DNA from: an uncultured Clostridia bacterium
GTDB taxonomy: Bacteria > Bacillota > Clostridia > UMGS1883
Direction of reading: 5' to 3'
Assembly: GCA_934476455.1 (NCBI GenBank)
Contig: CAKSNY010000005.1
Span: 31,455-95,454, forward strand
DNA: 64,000 nt
Below, one piece after another: positions 33,592 to 43,539 of this stretch. How positions within the stretch are numbered: the first letter of the stretch is position 1; each line of letters opens with the position of its first letter. The notes beneath the pieces were generated by a model. That model worked only from the letters and a program-made list of their open reading frames with translations, ran no database searches and had not been told where the DNA came from. Position numbers and translations under genes: made by a program.

Positions 33592-34209
33592 TTATCTTAT
33601 AAAATTGGTTTTGACTTTCTTTTCCGTTTCGGGCGCGGTTACTCCGTTCTTTTTGCCCATATCTATACATTTTAAAATCCACGCCATATTTTTTGCCGTT
33701 GTACGCATTACCTGCATACCCTCCTCGTCCTTTAAAACCTCCTCCGGGGAAGAGCCGTGAACCATTGCCCAGTACTGCCCCGTTATAATCGGCATTTGAT
33801 TAAATTCGGGATATTTTAAAAGCTGGTCAAGCGTGCTTGCAGCGCCGCCGCGCCTGCACGAGGCAACCACCGCGCACGGCTTTTGGCAAAGCTTTTTTCC
33901 CGCTGCGTAAAACAGCCTGTCTAAAAATGATGTCATCGCGCCGGAGGCTGAGGCATAGTGTACCGGCGAACCGAATACAACAGCGTCTGCGCCGTCAAGC
34001 AGCGCTATGGCGTCGTTTACACAGTCCTCTGTTACGCATCTGCCGTTTTCACTGCAAAATCCGCAGCCCATACAGCCCTTTGTTGCCTTTCCCGCATGGA
34101 AAATCTCTGCCGATATACCCTCTTTCAAAAGCGTATCTTTCATTTGGCAAAGCGCCGTGTACGTGCAGCCCTTTTCGCGCGGGCTTCCGTTAAATAAAAC
34201 AACCTTCAT
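33592..34209 (-). CDS. Flavodoxin-like FMN reductase / iron-sulfur flavoprotein family protein.
   Basis: MKVVLFNGSPREKGCTY... with the Cys cluster CMGCGFCSENGRC and GSPVHYASASGAMTSFLDRLFY. ATG 34209 lies 8 nt after AGGAAG (the ORF track gives TTG 34215). Confidence 0.75.
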   Translation of the reverse strand: MKVVLFNGSPREKGCTYTALCQMKDTLLKEGISAEIFHAGKATKGCMGCGFCSENGRCVTEDCVNDAIALLDGADAVVFGSPVHYASASGAMTSFLDRLFYAAGKKLCQKPCAVVASCRRGGAASTLDQLLKYPEFNQMPIITGQYWAMVHGSSPEEVLKDEEGMQVMRTTAKNMAWILKCIDMGKKNGVTAPETEKKVKTNFIR

Positions 34210-34226
34210 TTTCAAATCTTCCTTTC

Positions 34227-35282
34227 TTACGGATTACAGTTTTTGCAGGGCGTAAAGTCTGCGTTTTCTGCCTCTTCTCTCGTTTTAAAATTTTTCGCGT
34301 TTTCCGCTTTGGGCAAATTTTTACAGCTTGAGGTATGGTATTTTCTACTTTTTACGTTTGCAATGTAAAAAACAGCCTCTTTTTGCTTTTCGTCAACTTT
34401 AAAGATATTTCCGCTGCTGTCAGAAAAGCTTTTCCCGTCACATTTTATGACTATCGACCCCGAAATATCACATCTAAGGATATTTGCGCCGCATTTTCTG
34501 AGCCTGTCAAGCGCCTCTTTTTGCGGATGCCCGTACGAATTGCCTTTTTCACACTGCACCGCGGCGCATACCGGCGATACCTTTTCCAAAAAAAGAGAGG
34601 TTGACGCGTTCCTGCTTCCGTGATGCCCCACCTTTAAAACGCCCGCCGATATATCCCCGCCCGATTTTACAAGCTCCTCCTCGACGGCTTTTTCGGCGTC
34701 GCCCATAAAAAGCATACGCGCTTTTTTATATGTAACAAGCGTGACAAGCGAATTGTCGTTTGTATTTCCGAAATCTTTTTTCGGGGAAATAAATTGAAAT
34801 CTTATCCCGCCAAACTCGTATATACAGCCGAACTCCGGCATTGTAATGCGGTAGTTGTTTTTGTCAAGCACATCTAACATATGCTCGTAAAAATAGCCCG
34901 TTGAAGGCTCGTCCGTAAGGTATATTTCGCCTATGTCAAACGCTTCAAAAACGGCTGCCGCACCGCCGAGATGGTCCTCATGCGGGTGTGTGCCTATAAA
35001 TGCCGCTATTTTCTCTACACCTGCGCCTTCAAGATATTCGCACAGCTTAAGGCTGCTGCTGCCGGGACCGGAGTCTATCAAAATTGCGGTGTCGCCGGTT
35101 TTTATAAGCGTGCAGTCGCCCTGCCCCACATCTATAAAATGCAACTCCAATCCGTCTGCCTTATATTCGCTTTTGTTTTCGGCTCCGCTTTTCTCTGTAT
35201 TAACCCAAGTACACCCCGCCGTAAACAATAAAAGCGCCAGGAAAACCGCCGCATAACATTTTATTTTGAATAAATTTTTCAT
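34227..35282 (-). CDS. ComEC/Rec2-type MBL-fold metallo-hydrolase lipoprotein with a C-terminal Ada-like Zn motif.
   Basis: ATG 35282 gives MKNLFKIKCYAAVFLALLLFTAGC (lipobox). It has the HxHxDH motif GTHPHEDHLGG. The C-terminus is KYHTSSCKNLPKAENAKNFKTREEAENADFTPCKNCNP. Confidence 0.8.
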   Translation of the reverse strand: MKNLFKIKCYAAVFLALLLFTAGCTWVNTEKSGAENKSEYKADGLELHFIDVGQGDCTLIKTGDTAILIDSGPGSSSLKLCEYLEGAGVEKIAAFIGTHPHEDHLGGAAAVFEAFDIGEIYLTDEPSTGYFYEHMLDVLDKNNYRITMPEFGCIYEFGGIRFQFISPKKDFGNTNDNSLVTLVTYKKARMLFMGDAEKAVEEELVKSGGDISAGVLKVGHHGSRNASTSLFLEKVSPVCAAVQCEKGNSYGHPQKEALDRLRKCGANILRCDISGSIVIKCDGKSFSDSSGNIFKVDEKQKEAVFYIANVKSRKYHTSSCKNLPKAENAKNFKTREEAENADFTPCKNCNP

Positions 35283-35303
35283 ACACGATTTCCCCCACAC
35301 TGT

Positions 35304-35331
35304 AAAAAAGCCTGACGTGAACCGTCAGGCT
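35304..35331 (-). terminator. Rho-independent terminator after ptsH.
   Basis: On the minus strand: AGCCTGACG, loop GTTCA, CGTCAGGCT, followed by TTTTTT. Confidence 0.85.
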
Positions 35332-35340
35332 GCAAAAATC

Positions 35341-35604
35341 TTATTCCGCAAAATTCGTTTTAACAAGGTTTGCCAATTCGTTCACGGCAGCCTCTTCATC
35401 GGCGCCGTCGGCAATTACCGTTATTGCCGTGCCCCGTGTAACCCCTAAAGATAACACCCCGAGCAGGCTTTTCGCATTAACCTTTCTGTCGTCGCGGGCA
35501 ATCCATACGCCGGATGTAAATTCATTGGCTTTCTGTATAAAGAAGGTTGCCGGACGTGCATGCAGACCAACCTGATTTTGCACGACTATTTCTTTTGAAT
35601 ACAT
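35341..35604 (-). CDS. ptsH: Phosphocarrier protein HPr.
   Basis: MYSKEIVVQNQVGLHARPATFF contains His15. KVNAKSLLGVLSLG contains Ser46. 87 aa counted from the internal ATG at 35604. Confidence 0.9.
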   Translation of the reverse strand: MYSKEIVVQNQVGLHARPATFFIQKANEFTSGVWIARDDRKVNAKSLLGVLSLGVTRGTAITVIADGADEEAAVNELANLVKTNFAE

Positions 35605-35699
35605 AGACCCAAATCTCCTCACAAAATTACTGTGTTATAAAGTATACAACTTTTTTAACGATTAGTCAATAAAAATTTAATCTTTTTTATTAGGTTTGT

Positions 35700-36335
35700 T
35701 CATTTTTTGTTAAAATATGCCTCCGGCACAAAGCCCACAACAAGCGTCTGCGCAATGGGCATTGACGACTCTACCTCTATGCGGCTGTAGGCAAGCGGCA
35801 TAAGTATTTCCATCTCCACCGTAACGGTAAGGTCCACCGTGTGAAGCGTTTGGTTTATGCCGGCCTCCTCGAAACGGTGCGTAATGTCCGCGCCGGTTAC
35901 GCTTATCGGGCAAAACCTTATCGGAATTTTAGGTCCCGTGCCGCAGAAAATATCCGCGCCCATAATACTTGAAAGATAGATATAATGCTCTACAACACAA
36001 AGCTCGTCAAGGCGCTGCCCTATCTCTATGCCGAGGTCGTTTGTAAATTTGTTTATAAAGGTCGCGTTTGATGTGACAGACGTTACGCGCCCGCTTGCAT
36101 CGCGCGATATATTTACAATTTTGTCGTAGGAGAAAAGCTCCTCAAGCATTACTTTTTGAACCTCGTAATCCACCGCCTGCGAAATTTCGTTTTTTGCATA
36201 GCTTTGCGAAAGCGATTTCAGCCGCGGCCGTGCTGTGCGGCAAAACCAAATGCCCGTAAAAACAAGTGTAAAGCCCGTGCAAAACAGAAAAAGCGCAGCC
36301 AAAAGCTTTATCCTACGCTTGCGTTTTCTTTTCAT
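35700..36335 (-). CDS. yunB: Sporulation protein YunB-like.
   Basis: 211 aa. It has a basic N-terminus plus a single TM, then GPKIPIRFCPISVTGADITHRFEEAGINQTLHTVDLTVTVEMEILMP...PIAQTLVVGFVPEAYF, which matches my recollection of the YunB family pattern. Confidence 0.6.
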   Translation of the reverse strand: MKRKRKRRIKLLAALFLFCTGFTLVFTGIWFCRTARPRLKSLSQSYAKNEISQAVDYEVQKVMLEELFSYDKIVNISRDASGRVTSVTSNATFINKFTNDLGIEIGQRLDELCVVEHYIYLSSIMGADIFCGTGPKIPIRFCPISVTGADITHRFEEAGINQTLHTVDLTVTVEMEILMPLAYSRIEVESSMPIAQTLVVGFVPEAYFNKK

Positions 36336-36391
36336 AAAGTGCTACCGCCCCCGCATTATTATATGCGGCGGGCGGCATAAAAGTGCATATT

Positions 36392-39300
36392 TTATTTTGT
36401 TAAAAGCGCGGCAGCCTCGCCTGCGGTTATAAACCGCTTCGGATAGAAAAACCCGTTCTCGCCTTTTAAAATTTTGCCCTTTGAAAGCTCTTTTACAGCT
36501 TCTTTGGCATAATCTTTTATGCTTTCACCGTCAGCGTAGCCGTATGCGCCCCCTGCCGGATATATTTCGTAAAGCGGGTCTTGTTTTATCATCCTGTACA
36601 TCATTACCGCTGCCTCCTCACGCGTGATAAAGCCGTCCTTTTGTTCTTTTACAACGCCCATATCCATTGCCTTTTTAATAAAATCGCCGTCATACGAAAC
36701 GTCAAACACCGACAAAAGCGTCTTTATAAATTCGGCGCGCGTCAAGGGTAAATCAAGGTCGTTTAAAAACGCGCTTCCGTCCTCAAGCCTTCCGTTTTCA
36801 AAAAGGCTTTTCACCGCATAAAACGCCCAGTGTCCGTTATCCTTTATCGGGAAAATCGGTCTTTCGCCGCTTTGGGCGCTTTTTACGATTTCGGCAAGCT
36901 TAAAATACGTTTTCTCTTTTCCGGAAACTTTTTTTGGTATATCCGCTTTTGACCCCTCTATTTCCACGCCGCTTCCGCCGTTATTGTATATGTGAAGCTT
37001 GCCGGAGGTTTTAACGGCGTCCTCCGTATCAAGGTAATCATACAGCTTTTCACCGTTTACAAAAAGCGTTATGCGCACACCGCCGCCCTCTGTAACGGTG
37101 CCGAACTCTATCTCGCAGGACTCGCCGTTTTTTATATACTTGTTTTCCGTTTCAAAAAAGAACCTCTTTGCGCCGTTAAACCTTTGCAGCTCTATTACGT
37201 TTTCCTTTACGAGGAAAATGTATTCGCGCGTGTTCCACGGCTCTGTGGTATTTGCCGCCGAGCGCAGCCCAATGCTTGTGTAGCCGCCCGGAGAAATAAA
37301 AAACCGTGCGCGCATTTTTAAAACGGTGTTTTGCTTTATGCTTCCGTTAAAGCCGTAGCTTCCGTCGTTTCGGCATACTGCGGTGCCGCCGCTTAAGGCG
37401 GTGTTTTTGCTCCACATTTCGCCCTGTTTTATAAAATCTTCTATATTTATGTATTCGGGGTTTGTGCTGTTTTCAAAAACGGTAACGGCATTTCTTACGT
37501 TTTCAAGCGCATTTTCCAAAGCCTTGTTTGTTTTTGTCGGCTTTAAAAGAATTTCCTGTGCTTTTTTCATTTCCCTCTCCAGCGGCAGATGCGCACCCGC
37601 GATAAGCTCGCTCGTGTTTTCGCTTTCCGGCAGATTTTGATATATCTCACGCACATTTGAAAGAAAGGCATAAAGCTTTTCTTCGCTGAGCGCAGTGTCA
37701 TCTTTTGCGGCAGTTGTAAACGTGAAAAATCCGCCGTCGGAAAATCTTTTGTTTTCATCTTTGTAAAGATAAGACGAGGCGATTGCCTCCACACGCCAGT
37801 AATATGTTGTTTCCCCGAAACTTAAGTTGCGGAAACGCCTGTAGGTGTCGTATAAAACATCGTCGTAAACAATGTCTGTAAAGGCGCTGTCACGCGCCAC
37901 GGTAAGGCGGTACTTGTCCGCGCCGGAAATATCCTCCCACGACAATACAACGTCGCCCGCGTCCACACCCGTTTCGCCGTTTGCGGGGGATATTAAAGAA
38001 AACTGCTTAAGCTTTGCTTCTGTTTCGCCCTCTATACCGTATTGTTCTCTGTTAATTTCGGGAAGCTTACCCTCCTCCCCCTTTGACAGAGCAAGGTTGT
38101 TTTCAATCGTACCCGTTTTTTGTGCAATACCGCTTGTAATGTCAAACTTACCGCCGAGGCTTACATTGTTTTTTACAACATTTCCGCGCGGCGCTAAAAT
38201 ATAATCGCCCTTTAAAATGTCTCGCAAATAAGGATATTTTGTGTTGTAATATTCGTTATCCGGCGTATAATCGCGAAACATATAAAGCTCAAACATTTCC
38301 TTTGATTTCGGATAAAGCGACCTGTAATCCTCTTCAAGACGTCCGGCATTATACATATCAAGCGCCTTTTTGCTGTGGGAAAGCGCCTCCTCATCGGAGG
38401 AATTGTCTATGTTAAACAAATATACGCTTCTGCCCAAAATGTTTAAAAATATGTTGTTTTCAACATCGCAGTACTGCGCCGAATGAAGCGTTATTCCCGT
38501 TGTCAGGTTTTCAAACAGATTATCGTAAACCGAAACGCCCGTCATATAATCATCGCAGTAAATTGCGCTTCTTCCGCTTTTTCCCGTCATTTTAAAATCG
38601 TGAAAATAATTGTTTCTTATAACGTTGCCGCCGTTTGTCCAGCTGCGGCCTGCGTACAGCGCGCCCGCGTCGCCCGTTTCCGTAACGGCGTCGTAAATAT
38701 CGTTATATTCAATTATGTTGTCGTTTCCCATAAAGCGTATTACATAGTGCGGCGTGTTGTGTATTCTGTTGTGCGAAACAACGTCGCCCACGCCCAAAAG
38801 CCCTATCGCCTCGCAATACCGTTTTCCGATTACGGCAAAGCGCTCCATATGGTTGTTTGTGATAATATTTTTGCTCGGCGAAAGCGTTTTTTTGTCGCCG
38901 CCCGTTATAAGCACACATCCTTTTCCGATGTCGTGCATATAGTTTTTTGAAATCGTATTTTCTTTCCCGTTTTTAATGTAAACCGCCTGCTGACCTATGT
39001 TTTGAAATTCGCACTCTGTTACGGTGTTTTCGTTTGAATTTTCCATAACCACGCCGCAGCCGCACGTTCCCTCAAATATAATATTTTTAAAAGTAACGCG
39101 TGCGGCGCCGCTTAATAAAAACAAAGGCTCTGTGCTTGCCGTAAACTCGGCGTCCGCCGTGTTAAGCGGATAAACGTAAAGCACGCCGCTTTCACGGTCG
39201 AGATACCATTCGCCCGGGCTGTCAAGCTCCTCCAAAAGGTTTATAAAGCGCACCTCGCCGCCGTCGGCTATACCGTGAACGGTTTGCGCCGCAGTTTCAA

Positions 39301-40000
39301 AACGGCTGTTTTTAAGATCCGCCGTTTTTATTGTAAAGGTTTCGTCCGCCCAGTCAAAATTAAAATTGCCGTAAGCATAAAAATCCTTTGCACCCTCCCA
39401 GCGCATCGGACGCGCCTCGTCAATTTCAAAAAGATAGCCTTCTCCGGAGGATGCAGTGTTTTTTATCTTTGTAAAGGCCTTGTTCGGCCATTCGGCAAGG
39501 GTTTGCATTTTCCCGTTTTGTATAAGCAGCGGCGAAGAAGGCGTTTCCATTTTGTGGCGCTCGACACGCCGCACTGCGCCGAAATCTTCTATTCCGTATT
39601 TTGAAAGGGCTGCTGCACGCACCTTGCCTCGCGCGTTTTCGGGAAGTCTTTTTAAAACGTCCTTGTCCGTAACTGCGGAAAACGCTTCTTTCGGGATATT
39701 TTGGGTCATTGTTACATATGCACCCTCCTCCCCCGTTATATTTATCGGAAGGGCGTTATTTTCTATCTTCACGGTGTCTTTAAGGCGATGCGTGCCGCTT
39801 AAAAGTACAATATCGTGCTGCACGCCGCCCTTTTGTGATAATTCTATTGCACGCTCTATGTTTTTTACCGGCAAAGCGCGCGTCCCGGGGTTTTTGTCGT
39901 TTCCGTCCGGTGAAACATATACTTCTCCGCTTTGGGCAAAGCACACCGCCGCCGAAAGAAGCATAATTACCGCCGATAAAAATACAGTTAATTTTTTCAT
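36392..40000 (-). CDS. Secreted right-handed beta-helix protein (pectate-lyase-fold), plus an FN3-like domain, a LamG-like domain and C-terminal SLH anchor (about 1202 aa).
   Basis: ATG 40000 gives MKKLTVFLSAVIMLLSAAVCFA. Parallel beta-helix repeat signatures recur (NNHMERF, VSHNRIHNTPHYVIRFMGNDNIIEYNDIYD, GNVIRNNYFHD, GVSVYDNLFEN). The FN3-like segment is LISPANGETGVDAGDVVLSWEDISGADKYRL. The C-terminal SLH repeats include LTRAEFIKTLLSVF, ITREEAAVMMYRMI and ITAGEAAALLTK. Confidence 0.8.
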   Translation of the reverse strand: MKKLTVFLSAVIMLLSAAVCFAQSGEVYVSPDGNDKNPGTRALPVKNIERAIELSQKGGVQHDIVLLSGTHRLKDTVKIENNALPINITGEEGAYVTMTQNIPKEAFSAVTDKDVLKRLPENARGKVRAAALSKYGIEDFGAVRRVERHKMETPSSPLLIQNGKMQTLAEWPNKAFTKIKNTASSGEGYLFEIDEARPMRWEGAKDFYAYGNFNFDWADETFTIKTADLKNSRFETAAQTVHGIADGGEVRFINLLEELDSPGEWYLDRESGVLYVYPLNTADAEFTASTEPLFLLSGAARVTFKNIIFEGTCGCGVVMENSNENTVTECEFQNIGQQAVYIKNGKENTISKNYMHDIGKGCVLITGGDKKTLSPSKNIITNNHMERFAVIGKRYCEAIGLLGVGDVVSHNRIHNTPHYVIRFMGNDNIIEYNDIYDAVTETGDAGALYAGRSWTNGGNVIRNNYFHDFKMTGKSGRSAIYCDDYMTGVSVYDNLFENLTTGITLHSAQYCDVENNIFLNILGRSVYLFNIDNSSDEEALSHSKKALDMYNAGRLEEDYRSLYPKSKEMFELYMFRDYTPDNEYYNTKYPYLRDILKGDYILAPRGNVVKNNVSLGGKFDITSGIAQKTGTIENNLALSKGEEGKLPEINREQYGIEGETEAKLKQFSLISPANGETGVDAGDVVLSWEDISGADKYRLTVARDSAFTDIVYDDVLYDTYRRFRNLSFGETTYYWRVEAIASSYLYKDENKRFSDGGFFTFTTAAKDDTALSEEKLYAFLSNVREIYQNLPESENTSELIAGAHLPLEREMKKAQEILLKPTKTNKALENALENVRNAVTVFENSTNPEYINIEDFIKQGEMWSKNTALSGGTAVCRNDGSYGFNGSIKQNTVLKMRARFFISPGGYTSIGLRSAANTTEPWNTREYIFLVKENVIELQRFNGAKRFFFETENKYIKNGESCEIEFGTVTEGGGVRITLFVNGEKLYDYLDTEDAVKTSGKLHIYNNGGSGVEIEGSKADIPKKVSGKEKTYFKLAEIVKSAQSGERPIFPIKDNGHWAFYAVKSLFENGRLEDGSAFLNDLDLPLTRAEFIKTLLSVFDVSYDGDFIKKAMDMGVVKEQKDGFITREEAAVMMYRMIKQDPLYEIYPAGGAYGYADGESIKDYAKEAVKELSKGKILKGENGFFYPKRFITAGEAAALLTK

Positions 40001-40008
40001 TTTCACAC

Positions 40009-41985
40009 CTACCCTATCACAAGTATTTCGTGGTTTAAAAGCTTCGGCACGGTAAATTGCAGCACGCCGTTTTCATATGTAAAGTCTGTATTTCCCTTTT
40101 GCGTGTGCGAATAAACGTATTCGGGGCGCTTGTCTGCTTTAAGGCGTACTTTTACGTTGTAAAGCGGAACAATGTCTTCTATAATTTCCGTATTTACGCC
40201 GCGCAAAACAGGCTGCGCATAAAGAAGCTGCAATATTTTTCTGCCGTCGCACTTTTCTGAAAGGCTTACTATGCCGCCCGCGGGCAAATCCGTTTCAAGC
40301 GCTTTTTCGTTTCCCAGCAAAGCGTCCAGTGCATAATGCACAATCTCTTTTGATACAATCGACCCGTTTTTTCTGTAATCTTTAAATATTTCCCACGGGA
40401 TGAAAACGGTTTTATCTGTTTTGATTATACCGTCCTCGGCGCTTTTCGGGTTTGCCGGCGCATGCTTGTGCGACGAAAAATGAAGCGCCGTTCTGTTAAA
40501 ATACGGGTTTACCCTGTGCGCTGTACATTCCCCGTGCGTTTTTTTAACCGCATAGCCCTGTTCGTACATAACAAAATCGCTTTCGCCCAGGCTTTTAAGC
40601 GGAAACAGCGGGTGTATGTAGTCGGGTCTGTAAGGATTTTCTCCCAAAAACTCTACTCCGAAAAATTCGGGCAGCTTTCCTTCAAAAAGTGCGCTTTTTC
40701 CCGTGGCAAGCACCTTTCCGCCGCCCGATACGTAATCTGAAAGCTTTTTGTAAAGCGCGGCGTCAAGCTCTATTGTGTCGGGCAAAACAATCAGCTTGTA
40801 CAAATTAAAATCGGCGTATGTGTCTATCACGTTAAAAAGGTATTTCCCCTCGTGCAAAATCCTCAGCGCGCCCTCATCCTGCGCATTTGCCATTATATCC
40901 ATATCGCCTGAAAACGCCGTTTTCTGATAGTAGCTGTCAATTGCCTCCGCAGATAAAAGCGCTATATCCGCTATGGGGCGTGTTTCCTTTATGTATTGCT
41001 CTTTTTCCTCCAGCTCGCTGTATGCCGCGCCTATAAGCTTGTAGGTTGCAGCGTCCGCTTTTCCGGACGGGTGCAGCTGGTCGCCCACGGATGATGCAGC
41101 GCCGTATACGCAGTTTAGCGCAACCTCGTACCTCAGTGCGTTCGGGTGTTTAAAGCCGCCGTTTTCGCCCCACGCCGTGTGAAATTTGCCCGTCATCCCG
41201 AGGTAATCCACACCGAGCGTACGCACATATGCCGCAGAAAGCGGGAAATGCTCGTACCCGTAGTCGCCCGTTGGCAGGCTTTCAAGCTCGCAGTGGGAAT
41301 TTGTGCCCGCAATGTCACGTCTGCCGCGTATAACATGCCCTCCGTTATGAAAAACGGGGAAATCTTTTTTGTATTTATCCACGGCGCTGCGTACGGCACG
41401 GGTATAGTTTATGTAAACCTCCTGCGCCAGCGCCGACGCGTTTTTATCATCATAAGGGTCAAGCCCGCGCCCGCGCATTGTGCGCACGCAGTTTTGGCAC
41501 CAGCACGGCACCACCCCCGCAATGTCAAGAAAAAGACCGTCAAAAGTAAATTTTTCCATAACCTCCTCTATCTGTCCGATAAGATAAGGAAGATACGGTG
41601 AATTAAAGCACATCCTGTGATACCCCGGCTCTGCAAAGCTGCGTGCCCAGGTTGTCTGCTCGTTTTTTGCGCGGATAAGCCATTCGGGGTGCCGCCGCGC
41701 CATCTTTTCGTCAAGCCCCGCCGAAATATAAATCCGGACCGCCGCGCCCGCCGCCCGTGCGGCGTCAATCTGTGCGCTTAAAAGGTCAAATTTTAAGTTA
41801 GGGTGCATCTCGCACTTTGTCGTCGGGTGATACGACCACCCGTGGTGGCATTTTGAAAAGAACGTTACGGAATCTATATGCCCCTCCTTAAGCGCCGCAA
41901 TAAAGCCCTCGCGGTCAAATTCTTCACCGATGCCGGGTATGTCCTCGCTTGTGTGAAAGTCAAGGTGCAGTTGTCTGAATTTCAA
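40009..41985 (-). CDS. Cytoplasmic TIM-barrel glycoside-hydrolase-like protein (GHL6 / beta-galactosidase-trimerisation-domain type), about 658 aa.
   Basis: TTG 41985 lies 7 nt after AAAGGAGAG and gives (M)KFRQLHLDFHTSEDIPGIG. There is no signal peptide. The 42054 start in the ORF track lacks an RBS. The family call is from memory of the LHLDFHT N-terminal signature and is tentative. Confidence 0.55.
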   Translation of the reverse strand: MKFRQLHLDFHTSEDIPGIGEEFDREGFIAALKEGHIDSVTFFSKCHHGWSYHPTTKCEMHPNLKFDLLSAQIDAARAAGAAVRIYISAGLDEKMARRHPEWLIRAKNEQTTWARSFAEPGYHRMCFNSPYLPYLIGQIEEVMEKFTFDGLFLDIAGVVPCWCQNCVRTMRGRGLDPYDDKNASALAQEVYINYTRAVRSAVDKYKKDFPVFHNGGHVIRGRRDIAGTNSHCELESLPTGDYGYEHFPLSAAYVRTLGVDYLGMTGKFHTAWGENGGFKHPNALRYEVALNCVYGAASSVGDQLHPSGKADAATYKLIGAAYSELEEKEQYIKETRPIADIALLSAEAIDSYYQKTAFSGDMDIMANAQDEGALRILHEGKYLFNVIDTYADFNLYKLIVLPDTIELDAALYKKLSDYVSGGGKVLATGKSALFEGKLPEFFGVEFLGENPYRPDYIHPLFPLKSLGESDFVMYEQGYAVKKTHGECTAHRVNPYFNRTALHFSSHKHAPANPKSAEDGIIKTDKTVFIPWEIFKDYRKNGSIVSKEIVHYALDALLGNEKALETDLPAGGIVSLSEKCDGRKILQLLYAQPVLRGVNTEIIEDIVPLYNVKVRLKADKRPEYVYSHTQKGNTDFTYENGVLQFTVPKLLNHEILVIG

Positions 41986-42091
41986 GCTAAACTCTCCTTT
42001 GTCTTTTACGTTTATGTAGTAAAAAAGGGGACATAAAGCGCCGCCTTGCGGCAATCCGAATGTCCCCCGTTTTTACATTTTAAATTGTCAT

Positions 42092-43525
42092 TTATTTAAC
42101 GGTTATCTTTTCGCAAACAGGCTCTAACGTTTCTCCCTGCTTCCATACGAAAACATAAATGTTTTTGCTGTTTGCCTCCACCGTGTTTGAAATCCCGGTG
42201 TATTCGTACGGCGCAAGCGGTGCCGACGTTTTAACAACGCCCGTAAGCGCGCCGTTTGCATCGTACTGTGCAAAAAGTGCGTTTGCCGAAATTTCGCTTT
42301 CGGTTTTGTTGTAAAGCGTTGCGCTTGCAAGGCTTCCCGAAAGGGCTTTGTTTGTTATAACAAGCTTTCCGGCTTTGTCGGTGCGGCCATCGTTTACAAA
42401 CGCGCGTGCAATAATTACATTATCCTTTAAAGCATCGCTTGTATGTGTTCCCAAAACCGTAATACGCGCGGTATGCTTTTTGTCCTTGTCAAGCCCTGTT
42501 ACCGTTCCGCGCGGAAATTCCATCGGCCATGTTCCGCCGTTATAGGTGTTGTAGTTACCTATAAATTCGCCGTCAATTTCAAGACGGAAATTACCGCCGT
42601 ATTGGTTGCTGCGTGTGCCCAGGCACAGGCTGTCGCCATAAAAGTCAAAGCTTACACTGTCGCCTGCGTTCTCGCTCATTTTAAGCGCTGCGGTATATCC
42701 GCCCTTGTAGGCGCTGTTTTCGCTCCAATCACCGGTAAAGTTCATTTCACTGTAACCAAGTGTCCGCGGCGCGCCCTCTTGGCGGTAAGCCGCCTCGGAA
42801 AGCCATGCGGCGTTTTTGTCGGGTACGAGATAATATGTACCTGTTGTAAGTTCTTTTATAATCTCGTCTGCATACAGCTTATAGCCCGTATCGTTCGGGT
42901 GCGTCCCGTCGCCGAGGATTGTTCCCTCCGCACCGGAGGCTGTAACATAGCCGCCTTTCCTTATATAGCTTTCAAGGTCTATCGCCTTTATGCCGTACCG
43001 TGTGCAAAGCTCATCATATACGTCTGCAAATGAAATTTCATTTTCTTTGTTTATTGCGTCATCGGTGGTATTTATAAATATTACCGCAGGGGCGTTTTCC
43101 TCTGCCGCAAGGCGGCGGATTATCCCCTCCATATAGCCCTTGACTTTGCCGCGCGCTTCCGAATTTGTTTTCTTGCGGTCATTATAGTGGTCGTTTACGG
43201 AAAACTCTATAAACACGATGTCGGGCTTATAGCTTAATACATCGCTTGTCAGCCTGTAATAACCGTACGGGGAATCCGTTCCCGGAATACCCGCATTTAC
43301 ATAGTTTACGGTTTTTCCCGCAAATGCGGTTTTTAAGTATTCGCCGGTCTGTGAAACATAGTTTTTACTTATATCGCTTGCACCTGCGCCCTGCGTTATC
43401 GAGCCGCCCAAAAATACAGCCGTAACACTGTCTTTGTTAAATTCCTTTGTTTGAGCGTTTGCACCTATTGCCATACACAAAACCGATATTAAAACAGCTG
43501 TTGCGCAAAGTAATTTTCTTTTCAT
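42092..43525 (-). CDS. Secreted SGNH/GDSL hydrolase (carbohydrate esterase candidate, CE12/YesT-like) with a C-terminal beta-sandwich extension.
   Basis: Signal peptide MKRKLLCATAVLISVLCMAIGANA. SGNH blocks are present: VFLGGSITQG, NAGIPGTDS, IEFSVNDH, DGTHPNDTGY. Confidence 0.8.
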   Translation of the reverse strand: MKRKLLCATAVLISVLCMAIGANAQTKEFNKDSVTAVFLGGSITQGAGASDISKNYVSQTGEYLKTAFAGKTVNYVNAGIPGTDSPYGYYRLTSDVLSYKPDIVFIEFSVNDHYNDRKKTNSEARGKVKGYMEGIIRRLAAEENAPAVIFINTTDDAINKENEISFADVYDELCTRYGIKAIDLESYIRKGGYVTASGAEGTILGDGTHPNDTGYKLYADEIIKELTTGTYYLVPDKNAAWLSEAAYRQEGAPRTLGYSEMNFTGDWSENSAYKGGYTAALKMSENAGDSVSFDFYGDSLCLGTRSNQYGGNFRLEIDGEFIGNYNTYNGGTWPMEFPRGTVTGLDKDKKHTARITVLGTHTSDALKDNVIIARAFVNDGRTDKAGKLVITNKALSGSLASATLYNKTESEISANALFAQYDANGALTGVVKTSAPLAPYEYTGISNTVEANSKNIYVFVWKQGETLEPVCEKITVK

Positions 43526-43539
43526 TTTTATTTCCTCCT

